Shown piece after piece: positions 22,305 to 35,264 of a stretch of DNA of 64,000 bases; position 1 is the first letter of the stretch; every line of letters starts with the position of its first letter. Source of the stretch: Mobula birostris (lineage: Eukaryota); assembly GCF_030028105.1 (NCBI RefSeq), contig NC_092401.1:7722984-7786983 (forward strand). The letters are read 5' to 3'. The notes beneath the pieces are model-generated. The model saw nothing but the letters and a program-made list of their open reading frames with translations. It was not told where the DNA came from and made no database searches. A program made the translations under genes and the position numbers.

Positions 22305-24455
22305 TTAAAGGTAGGGTGAGATGCATCCTTGATAATATTTTTCACTCTGCCCAGGCAGCATTTATGGTAGATGTTCTCAATGGTGGGCAACTGGGTGCCA
22401 ATAATCTGCTGGGCTGTTATCACCACCCGCTGGAGTCCTTTGCAGTCTGATACAGGACAATTGCCATACCACACTGAGATGCAGTTGGTGAGTATACTCT
22501 CAATGGTACAACAGTAAAAGTCTGTCAGTATCCCGGGACAGAGGTGAGCTTTCTTGATGCTCCGCAGGAAATACGTTGCGCCTTTTTGATCAGGATGGAG
22601 GAGTTCAGGGACCAGGTGAGATCATCGGAAATGTGGACACCAAGGAATTTGAAGCTTGATACACACTCCACTACAGCTCCGTTGATGTAAATGGGGATGT
22701 GAGTGTGGCCCTAACATGCCTGAAGTGCACAATGATCTCCTTGGTCTTCTGGGTGTTAAAGGCCAGGTTTTTGTTGGCACACCACGCGGCCAGGTGCTGG
22801 ACCTCATCCCTGTAGGCCATCTCGTCATCCCCTCTGATCAGACAAGCCGCCGTGGTGTTATCTGCGAATATTGATTATGGAATTAGAACCATGTACAGGA
22901 GCGCAGTCATAGGTGAAAAGGAAGTACAGAAGAGGGCTCAGCATGCAGCCTTGAGGCACGCTGGTGTTCAGGTTGAGAGTGGAGGAGGAGAGGTTGTCTA
23001 ACTTAACAGATTAGTGTCTGTTAGTCAGGAAGCTCAAGGTCCAATTGCAGAGGGATGAGCTGATACCAAGCTGGTGAAGTTTAGCGATCAGCTAGGAGGG
23101 GATCACAGTACTGAATGCTGAACTAAAGTCAATGAACAGCATTCTGACGTAAGAGTTGGGGCTGTCCAGGTGGGTCAGGACAAAGTGAAGTGCGGTGGAG
23201 ATGGTGACCTCTGTTGACCTGTTGGTGCAATAGGCAAATTGATGGGGGTCCAGGGTAGTGGGCAGACAGGATTTCAGATGTGATAGAACCAGTTTCTCAA
23301 AGCTCTTTGCAATGATGGGGGTGAGTGCAACTGGGTAGAAGTCATTCAGGCCCGTGGCAGTGGAATGCTTTGGTACTGGCACGATTGTGGCGATCTTGAA
23401 GCTTGTGGGGACAACTGCCTGGGCCAGGGACAGGTTAAAAATGTCCATGAAGACCCTAGCCAATTGCCTTACTCAGACTCTAAGCACACAGCCAGGTATT
23501 CCATCTGGACCAGCTGCCTTCCATGCATTCACCCTGCTCAAGGTGGCACAAACATCGCAGGTGGAAAGTGAGAGAGGCAGTTCACCAGGTGGGAGATCCA
23601 CTTTGAGGGTGACCTCCTTGTTCTCTCGGTCAAAGCGAGTGTAGAAGTAATTGAGCTCATCAGGGAGGGAAGCAGAGCTGGAAGGGGGCACAGTACTAGG
23701 TGGTTTGAAGTCTGTAATAATCTGTATGCCATGCCACATGCACCGGGGGTCCGAGGAGTTGAAATGCTCCTCGATTCTCTGTTTGTATATGTGCTTAGCC
23801 TGAGAGATTCCCCTCCTCAGGTTGGCCCTGGCTGAGCTGTAACCCTCCTGCTCTCCAGACCTGAAGGCTGAATCTCTCTGTTCATCCAGGGTTTCTGATT
23901 GGGGAAAAGTTTTATTTGTTTTTGTGATGTCACTCTATCTACACACTTGTTGATGTGCTCAAGGACAGAGCTGGAATTGGTGCTGAAGAGCAGAGTCAGC
24001 ACCCTCCAGCCAGATCTTAATAGTCTTCATTGTGGGTTTCACACGTTTAATGACCGGGCTATACTTGGGAAGCAGAAACAGTGAAAGATGGTCGGACTGT
24101 CCCAGGTGGGGCAGGGTAGTGGCGTCAGCCACATTTGTGTAGATATGATCTAAGGTTTTATTTCCCCTTGTGGTGCATGATACATTTTGGTAAAATCTTG
24201 GAAGCACGGTACGTAGGTTGCAATGATTAAAGTCCCCAGCAACAATAAAGGCTCCGTCTGGATGCAATGTCTGCAGCTTGCTAATAGCGACACTGAGGTC
24301 TTTCATGGCTACTTTAGCATTAGCATCCGGTGGTACATAAACTGCGACAGCAATGATGCATGTAAACTCTCGTGGTTCATAAAAAGGTCTGCACTTAATA
24401 ATCAGGTATTCCAGGTCAGCAGAGCAGTAAGTGTCAGCAATGGTAGACATTCCAG
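22305..24455 (-). mobile_element. Rex1/Babar-type LINE, degenerate EN+RT
   Basis: KCRPFYEPREF...AGDFNH endonuclease; [12 protein letters not shown]...[11 protein letters not shown] segments. Confidence 0.85.
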
Positions 24456-24545
24456 ATCAGAATCGGAATCAGATTTAATATCACCGGTATAGTTCAGTAG
24501 TACAATGAAACAGATTACCAATAAACATATTTAAAAAAAGCTGAA

Positions 24546-24678
24546 NNNNNNNNNNNNNNNNNNNNNNNNNNNNNNNNNNNNNNNNNNNNNNNNNNNNNNN
24601 NNNNNNNNNNNNNNNNNNNNNNNNNNNNNNNNNNNNNNNNNNNNNNNNNNNNNNNNNNNNNNNNNNNNNNNNNNNNNN
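24546..24678. other. Assembly gap (133 N) hiding the 3' end and donor of the D4 exon
   Basis: N run. Confidence 1.
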
Positions 24679-24923
24679 GGTGTTGGAGTGATGGTGAAGT
24701 GTCAGCTCGGCCTCACAAGTGAACTGCTGTCCATTCAGCTCTGCTGGTGGATTCACAGTGTGGTAGATAGTCAGCCCAGTACTGGCCAACCTGTTCACTA
24801 ATATCTCACTTCCCTTCTTCAGTCTGAGTTGAAGTTCCCCTGAGATGTTAAACACACTGCAGGTAATATCCACTGGAATTCCCTCAGTGGTGATTGGGAT
24901 TTGGATTTCAGGGTTGGAGAAAA
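24679..24923 (-). CDS. Ig domain 4 exon (3' end in the gap)
   Basis: Acceptor gttgttacag|TT; FSNPEIQIP...ITCSVFN...FTCEAEL with both Ig cysteines. Confidence 0.85.
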
Positions 24924-26181
24924 CTGTAACAACAGAGAACATTGTTAGAAACTTTCTCAAAGTGAGTTCTGCAGCCCTTCTGTGCCACTAGACCGGGTAG
25001 TCAACCTTAAGCGCAAATGATTTTCTACCATGTGTTATTCATTAATTTGTGGAAAAACATAACTAGGTGTATTTAAATGGATAATTCCCATGTTGCAAGT
25101 TTTTTATGGCATTTATCTGTCCCACCGTCTGCTCATTAATATGCGATCCTACCCACAGAGGCAAAAACCCCTGACCCCTGCACTAGACTGAGGTAGCAAA
25201 TGGAACTCTTTTGAAGTCTGTCTGTGGTGCAGCACCCATCTACCTCACTGTGTGTCTAGTGGCTAAAGAATGTGCTGTGGGAATTATGAAAAACCCTTCC
25301 CACAGTTTGATCCATTTGCTGGCAGACTTTAATCCCACTTTCACTTTCTATCTCTGGCAAATTCAATTGCCATTATTTGATTTTTTTTGTTCTCTTTTTG
25401 CAATACTATATACATATATATATCTTACTGGAACTTATAATTTGTTCTTGTTATCGTGCATTGCATTGTACTGCTGCTGCAAAACAACAAATTTCATGAC
25501 ATGTGCCAATGGTGTTGAACCAGATTCTGATTAATGTCCAGGCTTATTCTCATGCTCCATTGAACCTGCTCCATTGATAAACCCATGGTTAAATAACTGC
25601 AGCTGCTTCAAAGGTTCAACGGTTCATTTTATTGTCAAAGTTTGTATGCAGAATACAACTCTGATATTCGTCTTCTCCAGATAGCCATGGCATTCAGAAA
25701 AACTATGGGCATTGTTGAAAGAAAAGTCATTGACCACACCCCCCTCCCCGCATGAAAAAGTTAAAGAAACAAAACTGGCAAACCACGCTCCCCCCCCCCC
25801 ACCCCGCCACACCACCCTTGCACAAAAAAAAACTAACAGATTGTCCACATGGAAAACAGCAGCTGGAACATCAAACGCCAAACCTCCCAACCTCTCCCTC
25901 ACAGAAAAACTATCAGATCGCCAACATGGAAAATGGCAGCTTGAACAAATACCAAACCACCAAACCTGTAAACAAAACAGCAACAATAATATCAAACACT
26001 GACCACCCAACTCCCTGCCTTAAGATCTATTTTTCTTTTCCCCTAGATTTCTATTGATTTCTGTTTCAAATACCGATTGAGAATCTGCTCTGTGTTGCTG
26101 CCTGTTGACAGTCTAGGAGCAGGTGGGAAACTCTGAAAGATTACCGTCCAGTCAAAGTGCTCAATTATCCAGCATACTTAC

Positions 26182-26475
26182 CGTACACGTCAATGGTAAT
26201 GCTATCATTCTTCGATGAAACTGATGGATAGTCCCCAAAATCTGCCATGCCGTTGAGTTCAGTCAGACCGGTCTCTTGTGGTTTCCATGTAGCTGTTGCC
26301 TGGACTGTGGTGAGATTTGATCTACTGGCAACTGAACTCCATTCCTCACCATTCTGAAACCACCTTATTCTCACCTTCTCAGCAGGGTAGACGTTTGAGA
26401 CCTCACACTTCAATGTGGTCTCCTGATTTACTTCTACAGGGTCTCTGTTGAGGATCCTTGGAGGCTCTGGAAAAG
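26182..26475 (-). CDS. Ig domain 3 exon (VCAM D2/D5-like; second Cys replaced by Gly)
   Basis: 294 nt, phase 1-1, tattgcag|CT...TAC G|gtaagt; FPEPP...KCEVSNVYP.EKVRIRW. Confidence 0.9.
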
Positions 26476-27079
26476 CTGCAATACACACAAGAAATTCACT
26501 GCACATTGGTTTGCCTTGGCCTGTTTCAGACACTGATGGAATGATGCAAAACTGACCAAACCTCCGTAAGCCTCTATACACAACCAGGAGTTCATCAAAC
26601 CCAAGTCAGTATCAATAGGTTCCATACTTTGCCCTTTCTCTGAACTCTTCCTACTCTTCAGGCATCCCAAAAATCTAATTCTTTGCTCCTCCCATGGGCA
26701 GTGATACAGGAGTAAATGCTCACTGACTTATCAGGAGTGTGATCTCAATGAGCAGCTAGTTTGGGGTGGCATGGTAGTGTAGGGGTTAGCACAATGCTTT
26801 ACAGTGCAGGTGATCATTATTCAATTCCCAGTGCTGCCTGTATGGAGTTTTTATGTTTTCCTATGATCATGAGGGTTTCCTCCCACAGTCCAAAGACGTA
26901 CTGGTTGGTGGGTGAACTGGTCATTGTAAATTGTCATGTGATTAGAATCGGGTTAAAATGGTAGATTGGTGGGCAGCATAACTCGAAGGGCCAGGAGGGC
27001 CTATTCTGCATTGTAGTCTTTCAATTTATTTTGTTCTGCCCATACTGGCCCAAGAGAAGGGCTGATCCGTGAGAGATTG

Positions 27080-27500
27080 TGATTTTGCCCTGGAGTGCAG
27101 GACCTGAGTTATGAGGAAAGATTGAATAGGTTTGGAGTTAATTCCTTGGAATGTAGAAGATTGAGAGGAGATTTCATAGAGTTATACATAACTGTGAGGG
27201 GTAAAGATAGGGTAAATGCAAGCAGGCTTTTCCCACTGAGGTTGGGTGGGAATACAACTAGAGGTCATGGGTTAAGGGTGAAAGGTGAAAACTTTAAGGG
27301 GAACATGAGGGGAAACTTCACTCAGGTGGTTGTGAGGTTGTGGAACGAGCTGCCAGTGCAAGTGGTGCATGTGAGCTCGATTTGAACATTTAAGAGAAGT
27401 TAGGGTAGGTACCTGGATGGTAGGGGTATGGAAGGCTGTGGTGCTGATGCAGATTGATGGGAGCAGGTAGATTAAATGGTTCAGCACAAACTAGGTGGGC
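27080..27500 (+). mobile_element. CR1-type LINE 3' fragment
   Basis: LSYEERLNRFG...RRLRGD ORF2 C-terminus. Confidence 0.8.
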
Positions 27501-27817
27501 TGTACTTTTCTAAGACCCTGTCTATTACCCACCACCTGCACTGACCACCAAGAGGAACACGGGAGTATCAGGTAAGACTGCAGAATTTGCAGGAGTTTGG
27601 AATTGTTTCAGTGATCTTCAGCCAAATAATCTCTTCTACTTCCATGGTTCTCTGAAGTTGTAAACTTTCAGTCTTGGTTGAAGATAAGCAAGTTTTGCTG
27701 AAGGGATAAAACAGGAACTAAATGCGAAAACTTTCAAAACAGGACCACTCTTTGCTTATTTTTGCCTATTCCTAACCAAAGAGCAAGAGGGCAATTCGAT
27801 TTCAAAATGGAACTCAC

Positions 27818-28129
27818 AGTAAGTTTGCAGAATCACAAATGCGTTTGCGATCCGTTTGGTTGTGTTAGAGTCCAAGTTCAACTCTGCCAAGCAGGTGTAC
27901 ACCATCCCATCGTCTGAAATACTTGCTTTGAAATGAAGGACATTCTTCAATGGACCATCTTCTGGGAAACCTGGTTTCTCTGTGGAAATATTTGCTATAG
28001 TCTCACTCCCTCTGAGCCAGGTGAGTACGAGTTTGTTCTTTGGATAGACCTTCGGGCCAGTACACTCCAGCTGATATGGTTTGTTAACTTCCAGCACGTC
28101 AGGAGGTGGAACAACGCTTAAGTTTCGAT
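27818..28129 (-). CDS. Ig domain 2 exon (ICAM D2-like)
   Basis: 312 nt, phase 1-1, tttaacag|AT...TAC T|gtgagt; LECTG...WLRG...YTCLAELNL...LQTY. Confidence 0.9.
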
Positions 28130-28435
28130 CTGTTAAAGGAGAATCATGTTAACAAAATTCATTCAAATTACAACTCTATACTTGTGTCAAACACAGGAAA
28201 ATCTGCAGATACTGGAAATCCGCAGCAACACACAAAATGCCGGAGGAACTCAGCAGGCCAGGCAGCATCTATGGAAAAGAGTGAACAGTCGATGTTTAGA
28301 GTCGAGACCCTTCATCAGGTTTGGTAAAAGAAGGGGAGAAGTCAGAACCAGAAGGTGGGAGGAGGGGTGGAAGACGTACAAGGTGTTAAGTGATAGGGGA
28401 AACTGGGAGGGGGAAGGGGTGAAGTTAAGAGCAGG

Positions 28436-29560
28436 TCAAGTCAAATTTATTTATAAAGCACAGTTAAAAACAACCCATGTTGAACAAAGTGCTGTACAAA
28501 CCATAACAGGTAGCTAAAATCACAAATGCAAGAAACACAGATACAAACGACAAGGCACACAGCTTATAGGCACAAAATAAACAACACATGAGCCTAGGCA
28601 CAAGCCAAAAATCAGCCATATCAGGAAGATTCAAACACTAGTGAATAAAGGTAAGTTTTGAGGCTGGACTTAAAAGTCAATGGAGGGGGCAGATCTGATA
28701 CTGAGGGGTATGCTGTTCCACAGTCTAGAGGCTACAACAGCAAAGGCACGGTCACCCCGAACTTAAATTTAGATCGTGGGACAGCCAGGAGCCCCAAGTC
28801 AGCCAATCTGAGGGACCTGGAAGTAGAATAAGGGGTTGGGTCTGCGATATAGGAGGGGGCCAGCCCATTTAGGGCTTTATAAACAAACAGGAGAACCTAA
28901 AAATCAATTCTAAACCGTACTGGTAGCAAGTGGAGAGAGACCAGGATAGAAGTAATATGGTCACTCTTCCGGGCACCTGTCAGGAGCCTGGCTGTGGTAT
29001 TTTGGACCAGTTGCAGGCGGGACAGTGATGACTGACTAATCCCAGTATACAGGGAGTTGGAGTAGTCCAAGCGGGAGGATATAAGGGCATGGATGACTTT
29101 CTCGAGATCTTTGAAAGAGAGAAACGACTTGATTTTGGCAATAGTACGAAGCTAGAAAAAAACTGGCTTTTACTACTGCATTAACTTGCTTGTTAAACTT
29201 AAAGGCAGAATCAAATATCACACCAAGGTTTTTGACATGGGGTTTGACAAGGGTGGACAGGATATCAACACTGTTGGTAATCACTTGGATGGAGTCAGGG
29301 GGGCCAAATAGGACAACTTCAGACTTGCCTTCCTTCAGCTGTAGGAAGTTTTGTGCCATCCAACACTTTATGCCCTCAAGGCAGTTCAGGAGGCTGACTA
29401 GATTTGACTGGTCGTTTGGTTTCAAGGGGAGATGAAGCTGTGTGTTGTCAGCATAACGATGGAAGGAAATGTTGTGTTTTTGAATGATTTGACGGAGGGG
29501 AAGCATATATTTAGAGAAAAGAATAGGACCTCGGATGGAACCAAGGAAGTTGACTGGAGA
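28436..29560 (-). mobile_element. L2-clade LINE 3' fragment
   Basis: GPILFSKYMLPL...RYADNTQL RT motif; (caagt)n tail. Confidence 0.8.
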
Positions 29561-30229
29561 AAGGGTTACAGTAAAGGACTGGGGAAGGTGGAATCTGATA
29601 GGGGAGGACCAAAGACCATGGAAGAAAGGGAAGGGGGAGGAGCACCACAGGAGGTGACGGGTGGGTAGGGAGACAAGGTGAGAGAGGGAAACTGGAATGG
29701 GGAATGGTGAAGGAGAGGGGGGTGCCAATTCAATGTTCATGCCATCAGGTTGGAAGTTATCGAGACAGAGTATTTGTTTCCCTCTCTCACCTGATCTCCT
29801 TGTTCTGACTTCTTCCCTTCCTTCTCAGTCCTGAAGAAGGGCCTCGGCCCAAGATGTTGACTGTTTACTCTTTTCCACAGCTGCTGCCTGGCCTGCTGAG
29901 CTCCTCCAGCATTTTGTACTTGTCCCACCTTTCATTCCATTCACTGTCATTTCAGGTGACTTAAGAACTTTGAAATACTCTTTAATACTAAGTCTACCTT
30001 CATTAAAAAATTCTTCAAACTTTAATGAATGTCACTAACAAGTGGTGCTCAAGGATATAGTTATTTTTCCATACACATGTACACCACCAAATGAACCAAC
30101 ATCCTTCTGGAGCGAGGTGCACAACACAGTACACATACAGTAAACTCACACACTACACATAAAGTAATATTACCACAAGTAACAAGGTGCATTACAACAC
30201 AAGTTAAAACATAAACAGTACAATGCTAC

Positions 30230-30790
30230 TGGTGCTTCAAACCTGATGAGGCCTGGGTGGTGGCAGGGAGTTCAGTAATCTTACGGCCTGGGGAGAAGAA
30301 GCTCTCTCCCATCCTAACAATACCTGTTTTGATACTACAGTAACCCGTGTCTGATAGTAGGAGTCAAAGAGACTGTTGGACGGATGGCAGGGATCATTGA
30401 CAATGCTCAGGGCCCTGCATACCCAGCACTCCTGATAAATATCTCTAATGGGTGGAAGAGAGACCCCAATAATCCTTTCAGCAGTCCTTACAATCCTCTG
30501 TAGAGACTTGCGGTCAGATGCCTTGAAATTCCTGTACCAGAGAGATATGCAGCTGGTCAAGACACTCTTAACAGTGTTCCTGTAAAAATTGTTAGCATGG
30601 GGCGGTGGGACAGGGTGGGGTGGTGGGAAGTGGAAAGCCTTGCTTGCCCCAATCTCCTCAGGAAATGGAGATACTGCTGTACTTTCTTGTCCAAAGAAGT
30701 GGTGTTGAGGGACCAGGTGAACGGTCTGCTTTGTGCACTCCCAGAAACTCAGTGCTGCTAACTCTATCCATGAAGGATCCATTAATGTGC
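30230..30790 (-). mobile_element. Rex1/Babar-type LINE 3' fragment
   Basis: FYRNTVKSVLTSCISLWY...RIVRTAERIIG. Confidence 0.75.
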
Positions 30791-30849
30791 GGTGATATCA
30801 GCTTCTCAACATCAGGCAGAATGTCACTCAGAAGGAGTCTCAGATCTCT

Positions 30850-33228
30850 ACATTCAGTCATTTGCAATCTGCTTCATTGCTTTGAAAGAAAGTTGGCAAC
30901 TCCACTGAAACAATGCTCCACTAAATATGATGTTAGAAAGGCAATAGAGAACAACGTGATCATTTTCCACAGTGCAGGATATCATTCAGATTTCCTTCTG
31001 CAATCAAATCGTTATGATGCTTTGGAACTTTGGCTTCACTGCAAAGTCATTTTGTAGTGAGATCAGTTCTTCCTCCACCCTTCCTGTTAATTCCTCATTG
31101 CAAGTGTTGAGCAATGGATTAATTACTCAATCTGGAATTTGGATTGACAGAAGATCCAGAAATCTCTGACAATTCTTTTTGCAGCTCACCCAGGTGGGTA
31201 CTGTATGCTTGAAGAACTTCATCTGGTATTCTTCCTTTCTCTTCCAACTCAGAGAGGCTCAGAAATTGGAATGGTCGACTCTTGGACAGAAATGTGGAGA
31301 CGACTATTTGACTTTGATAAGATTCATATCATTTCCTTGTCATTGAAGACTGATTTCATCAAAGTTTACATATACTGTCATTCTGACAAATAAACAATGG
31401 GATGCTGAATATTCTTGAGTTGACTACTGAATGAAGCATCAAGGCTTCAAAGCATTTTATCATGGTTTCAGTGAATGCATAAAAGCATCTCAGGAAGGCT
31501 CCTTTTGAGAGCCAGGAAAGTTCTGTGTGTAACAGCAAGCATTCAAACTGTTCATCATTCTCAATACAAAGCTTTTAAACTAGTCGAGAATTGAGAGTAT
31601 GAGGCTTGATTTTATTTACTACTGTGATACCTGTAACAGCATTCAATGATTTGTGCAGCCGATCACTTCGGTATTTTGTGACAATATGCTGTCTGTGAAT
31701 TATACAGTGAATGGAAAATATGTTAGGAACAGGATTTTTTTGTAAAAGTAATAACTCCACAGAAGTGCCCTGTCATTGATGGTATCTCATCTGCTGCACA
31801 GGCAAGAATGTTGGTGAGCGGAGTATCCTTCTCTTTGGAAAATTGCTCAGCAATAACAAGTACTGGTTGACTACCCATTATCCAAAATGCTTGGGGTCCG
31901 AAGTGTTTCAAATTTTTGGATTTTGGAATATATAATGAGAAAGCTTGGGATCAGCAACATATACATCTCTGAATTTATGTGCTACCGGTGAGCAGTGTTT
32001 GTTACAAAAATGTTCATTACATGTATGTACTGAACACTAAAAATGATTGCATACTATTAATATAATGACAATATAATGTGTGCAGGGTAACTGGAGCAAC
32101 ACAGCAGTATTGGGAGACTACCTGAATCAACAACGAAGCTTTCAGTCTCCACCCACGGTGCCATGGATTGATGAAAAGGACAGTACACTGTATTTGTATT
32201 GTACTTGGGATTTATGTAAGATAATTTTTTTTTAAAATCACCATTGCAAACTTGTTCTGTTGTTGGATTTTCAGCAGTGACCATGTTCGCACTCCTACAA
32301 TTTTCTCTGCTGCTGTGTGACCTGCAGATGCTTTATCTTTAAAATTTTAATGTGATGCCTTTCAGAAATCTCTGTAATCACCCTACTGAATATTCAAAAA
32401 TCCCTTCAATTGTCAATTTGTCATGATAGATTTTTGCTTGTTTCATGATCAGCATACCATCAAGTGGCATGTGTTCATTGCCACTGATGAATTCACCCTT
32501 TTGAGATGATTGAGAGCTTCGTTTTCCACTTAATAGTGTTTTTCCATTCTTTGTTAACTCTGTTCATTATATATGAAGTCACTTCTCAGAACTCCCTGTG
32601 AAACACAGACCTGTGTATTTCTTGGGAACCTTCACAGCAAGTTGTGGAGTTTTCCATTTGTGATGCCATGTCAGTAATCAAAATTTTTTTTAAAATTTAG
32701 AAACCAGATTTCGGATGTTTTCAGATTTGGGTATTTTGAATAAGGGGCAATCAACCTGCATTGACTCATCCTTTGTATCTGTTTTAGTTCCCTTTCAAAT
32801 AACAACTTTATACCATTGCCTGAGAGTACCGACTCATCCAAATGCAGAGCAAATTCTTTCATTCTACTTAATGTGTCTCCAACATTCTCAGACAGTTCAT
32901 CTCTTCATCTTTGAAAAGAGTTGTCACTCAGAGGAATCACTTTAATTACTTGGTCTGGAGACTTATGCAAAATCGTATTCAGAACCTCCCTTTTGCTGGC
33001 AGAATCAGTTCTTCTCCAATTGTATGGGGCTTTCCAGAGTGAACAATGAACATTGAAATGTTGGATGAAGCTCATAAAACATCACTATTTTCTTAAGTGC
33101 TAACAAACATGTTTTGAAGTGTTTTCCTTTTCTGGAAGTTTTCACACAATGACTGAAAATAAGCCAAATTTCTGTTTGCTTTACAAAGTGTATTCTCTTC
33201 AAATGTTCAAGGAGCCTGGTCAGTTTCA
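30850..33228 (-). mobile_element. hAT (Buster/Charlie-like) transposase remnant, interrupted by a Tigger
   Basis: MK..RLLEHLKRIH, EFALHLDES and IHCIIHRQH motifs; many stops; no TIRs seen. Confidence 0.8.
31863..32758 (-). mobile_element. Tigger/pogo (Tigger4/MER46-like) internally deleted element
   Basis: TIRs ctggttgactacccattatccaaaat / attttgaataaggggcaatcaacctg; TA at left, CA at right; transposase remnants inside. Confidence 0.8.
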
Positions 33229-33231
33229 TTT

Positions 33232-34860
33232 AGAACTTAGAACTATGCTGGAAAATCTATAGCACAATACAGGCCCTTCGGCCCACAATGCTGTGCGAAA
33301 CATGTACTTACTTAGAAATTATCTAACGTTACCAATAAAGGTTACCAATAGTCCTCTATTTTCCTAAACTCCATGTCCCTATCCAGGAGACTCTTAAAAG
33401 ACCCTATCGTATCCACCTCCACCACCATTGCTGTCAGCCCATTCCACACACTCAGCACTCCTGGGGGGGAGGGGGGGGGACTTACCCCTGACATCCCCTC
33501 TGTACCTACTTCCAAGCACCTTAAAACTGTGTACTCTCATGTTAGCCATTTCATCCCTGGGGAAAAAGCCTCTGACTAATCCACATGATGAATACCACTC
33601 ATGATCTTATACACCTCTTTCAGGTCACCTCTCATCCTCTGCTGCTGCATGGAGAAAAGGCAGAGTTCACTCAACCTATTCTCATAAGGCATGCTCCCCA
33701 ATCCAGGCAACGTCCTTGTAAATCTCCTCTACACCCTTTCTATGGTTTCCACATCCTTCCTGTAGTGATGTGACCAGAACTGAGCACAGTACTCCAAGTG
33801 GGGTCTGACCAGGGTCCTAGATAGCTGTAACATTACCTCTCGCCTCCTAAACTCAATCCCACGATTGGTGAAGGCCAAGCAACACATGCCTTCTTAACCA
33901 CAGAGTCAACCTGTGCAGCAGTTTTGGGTGTCCTATGGACTTAGAACCCAAGATCCCTCTGATCCTCTACACTGCCAAGAGTCTTACTATTAATACTATA
34001 TTCTGCCATCATACTTGACCTACCAAAATGAGCCACCTCACACTTACCTGGGTTGAATTCCATCTGACACTTCCCTGCCTGGTTTGCATCGTATCAATGT
34101 CCCACTGTAACCTCTGACAGCCCTCCACACTATCCACAACACACCCAACCTTTGTGTCATCAGTAAATTTACTAACCCATCCCTCCACTTCCTCATCCAG
34201 GTCATTTCTAAAAATCACCAAGAGTAGGGGTCCTAGAACAGATCCCTGAGGTACACCACTGGTCACTGACCTCCATGTAAAATATGACCCATCGACATCC
34301 ACTCTTTGCCTTCTGTGGGAAAGCCAATTTTGGATCCACAAAGAAAGGTTCCCTTGGATCCCATGTCTCCCTACTTTCTCAATAAGCCTTGCATTGGGTA
34401 CCTTATCAAATGCCTTGCTGAAATCCATATACACTACATCTACTGCTCTACCTTCATCAATGTGTTTAGTCACATCCTCAAGAAATTCAATCAGGCTCGT
34501 AATTGCATGACCTGCCTTTGACAAAGCTATGCTGACTATTCCTAATCATATTATACCTCTCCAAATGTTCATAAATTCTGCCTCTCAGGGTCTTTTCCAT
34601 CAACTTACCAACCACTGAAGTAAGACTCACTCGTCTATAATTTCCTGAGCTTTCACTGATCCCTTTCTTGGATAAGGGAACAACATCTGCAACCCTCCGG
34701 AACTTCTCCCATCCCCATTGATGATGCAAAGATCATTGCCAGAGGCTCAGCAATCTCTCCCCTCGCCTGGGGTACATCTCATCTGGTCCTGGAGACTTAG
34801 CCAATTTGATGCTTTCCAAAAGCTCTAACACATCCTCTTTTTTAATATCCATATGCTCAA
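33232..34860 (-). mobile_element. CR1-type LINE, 5'-truncated
   Basis: VDVVYMDFSKAFDKV...GVPQGSVLGP...KFTDDTK RT; (gttcta)n tail. Confidence 0.9.
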
Positions 34861-35264
34861 TCATTTTCTCATTTCTTCATTTGAAAACAAAAGCTTGCAT
34901 TCTTTTGTCCTTACTAACGTGTCTTTGACATTCTCAGTCATAAATTGATGAATTAAAATGACTGAATTTCATTTTTTACCAACAGAACAATACCACCCCT
35001 CTGCATTCCTGACTGTCCTTTCAATACAATGTATCATTAGACTTTAAGCTCCCAGCTATAATCTTCCTTTGGCCATGATTCAGTGATGCCTACAACATCA
35101 TTCTTGCCAATCTGTAACTACTTTAGAAATTAATCTACCTTATTTTAGATACTGCAGTCCTATATTCACCCTTTTCAATTTTATCCAACTTTTACTTTGC
35201 AACTCATCCTTTTGACAGCACTTTCACTCTATCATCAGCCTCTCCTCACTACATGGTGCCTCTG

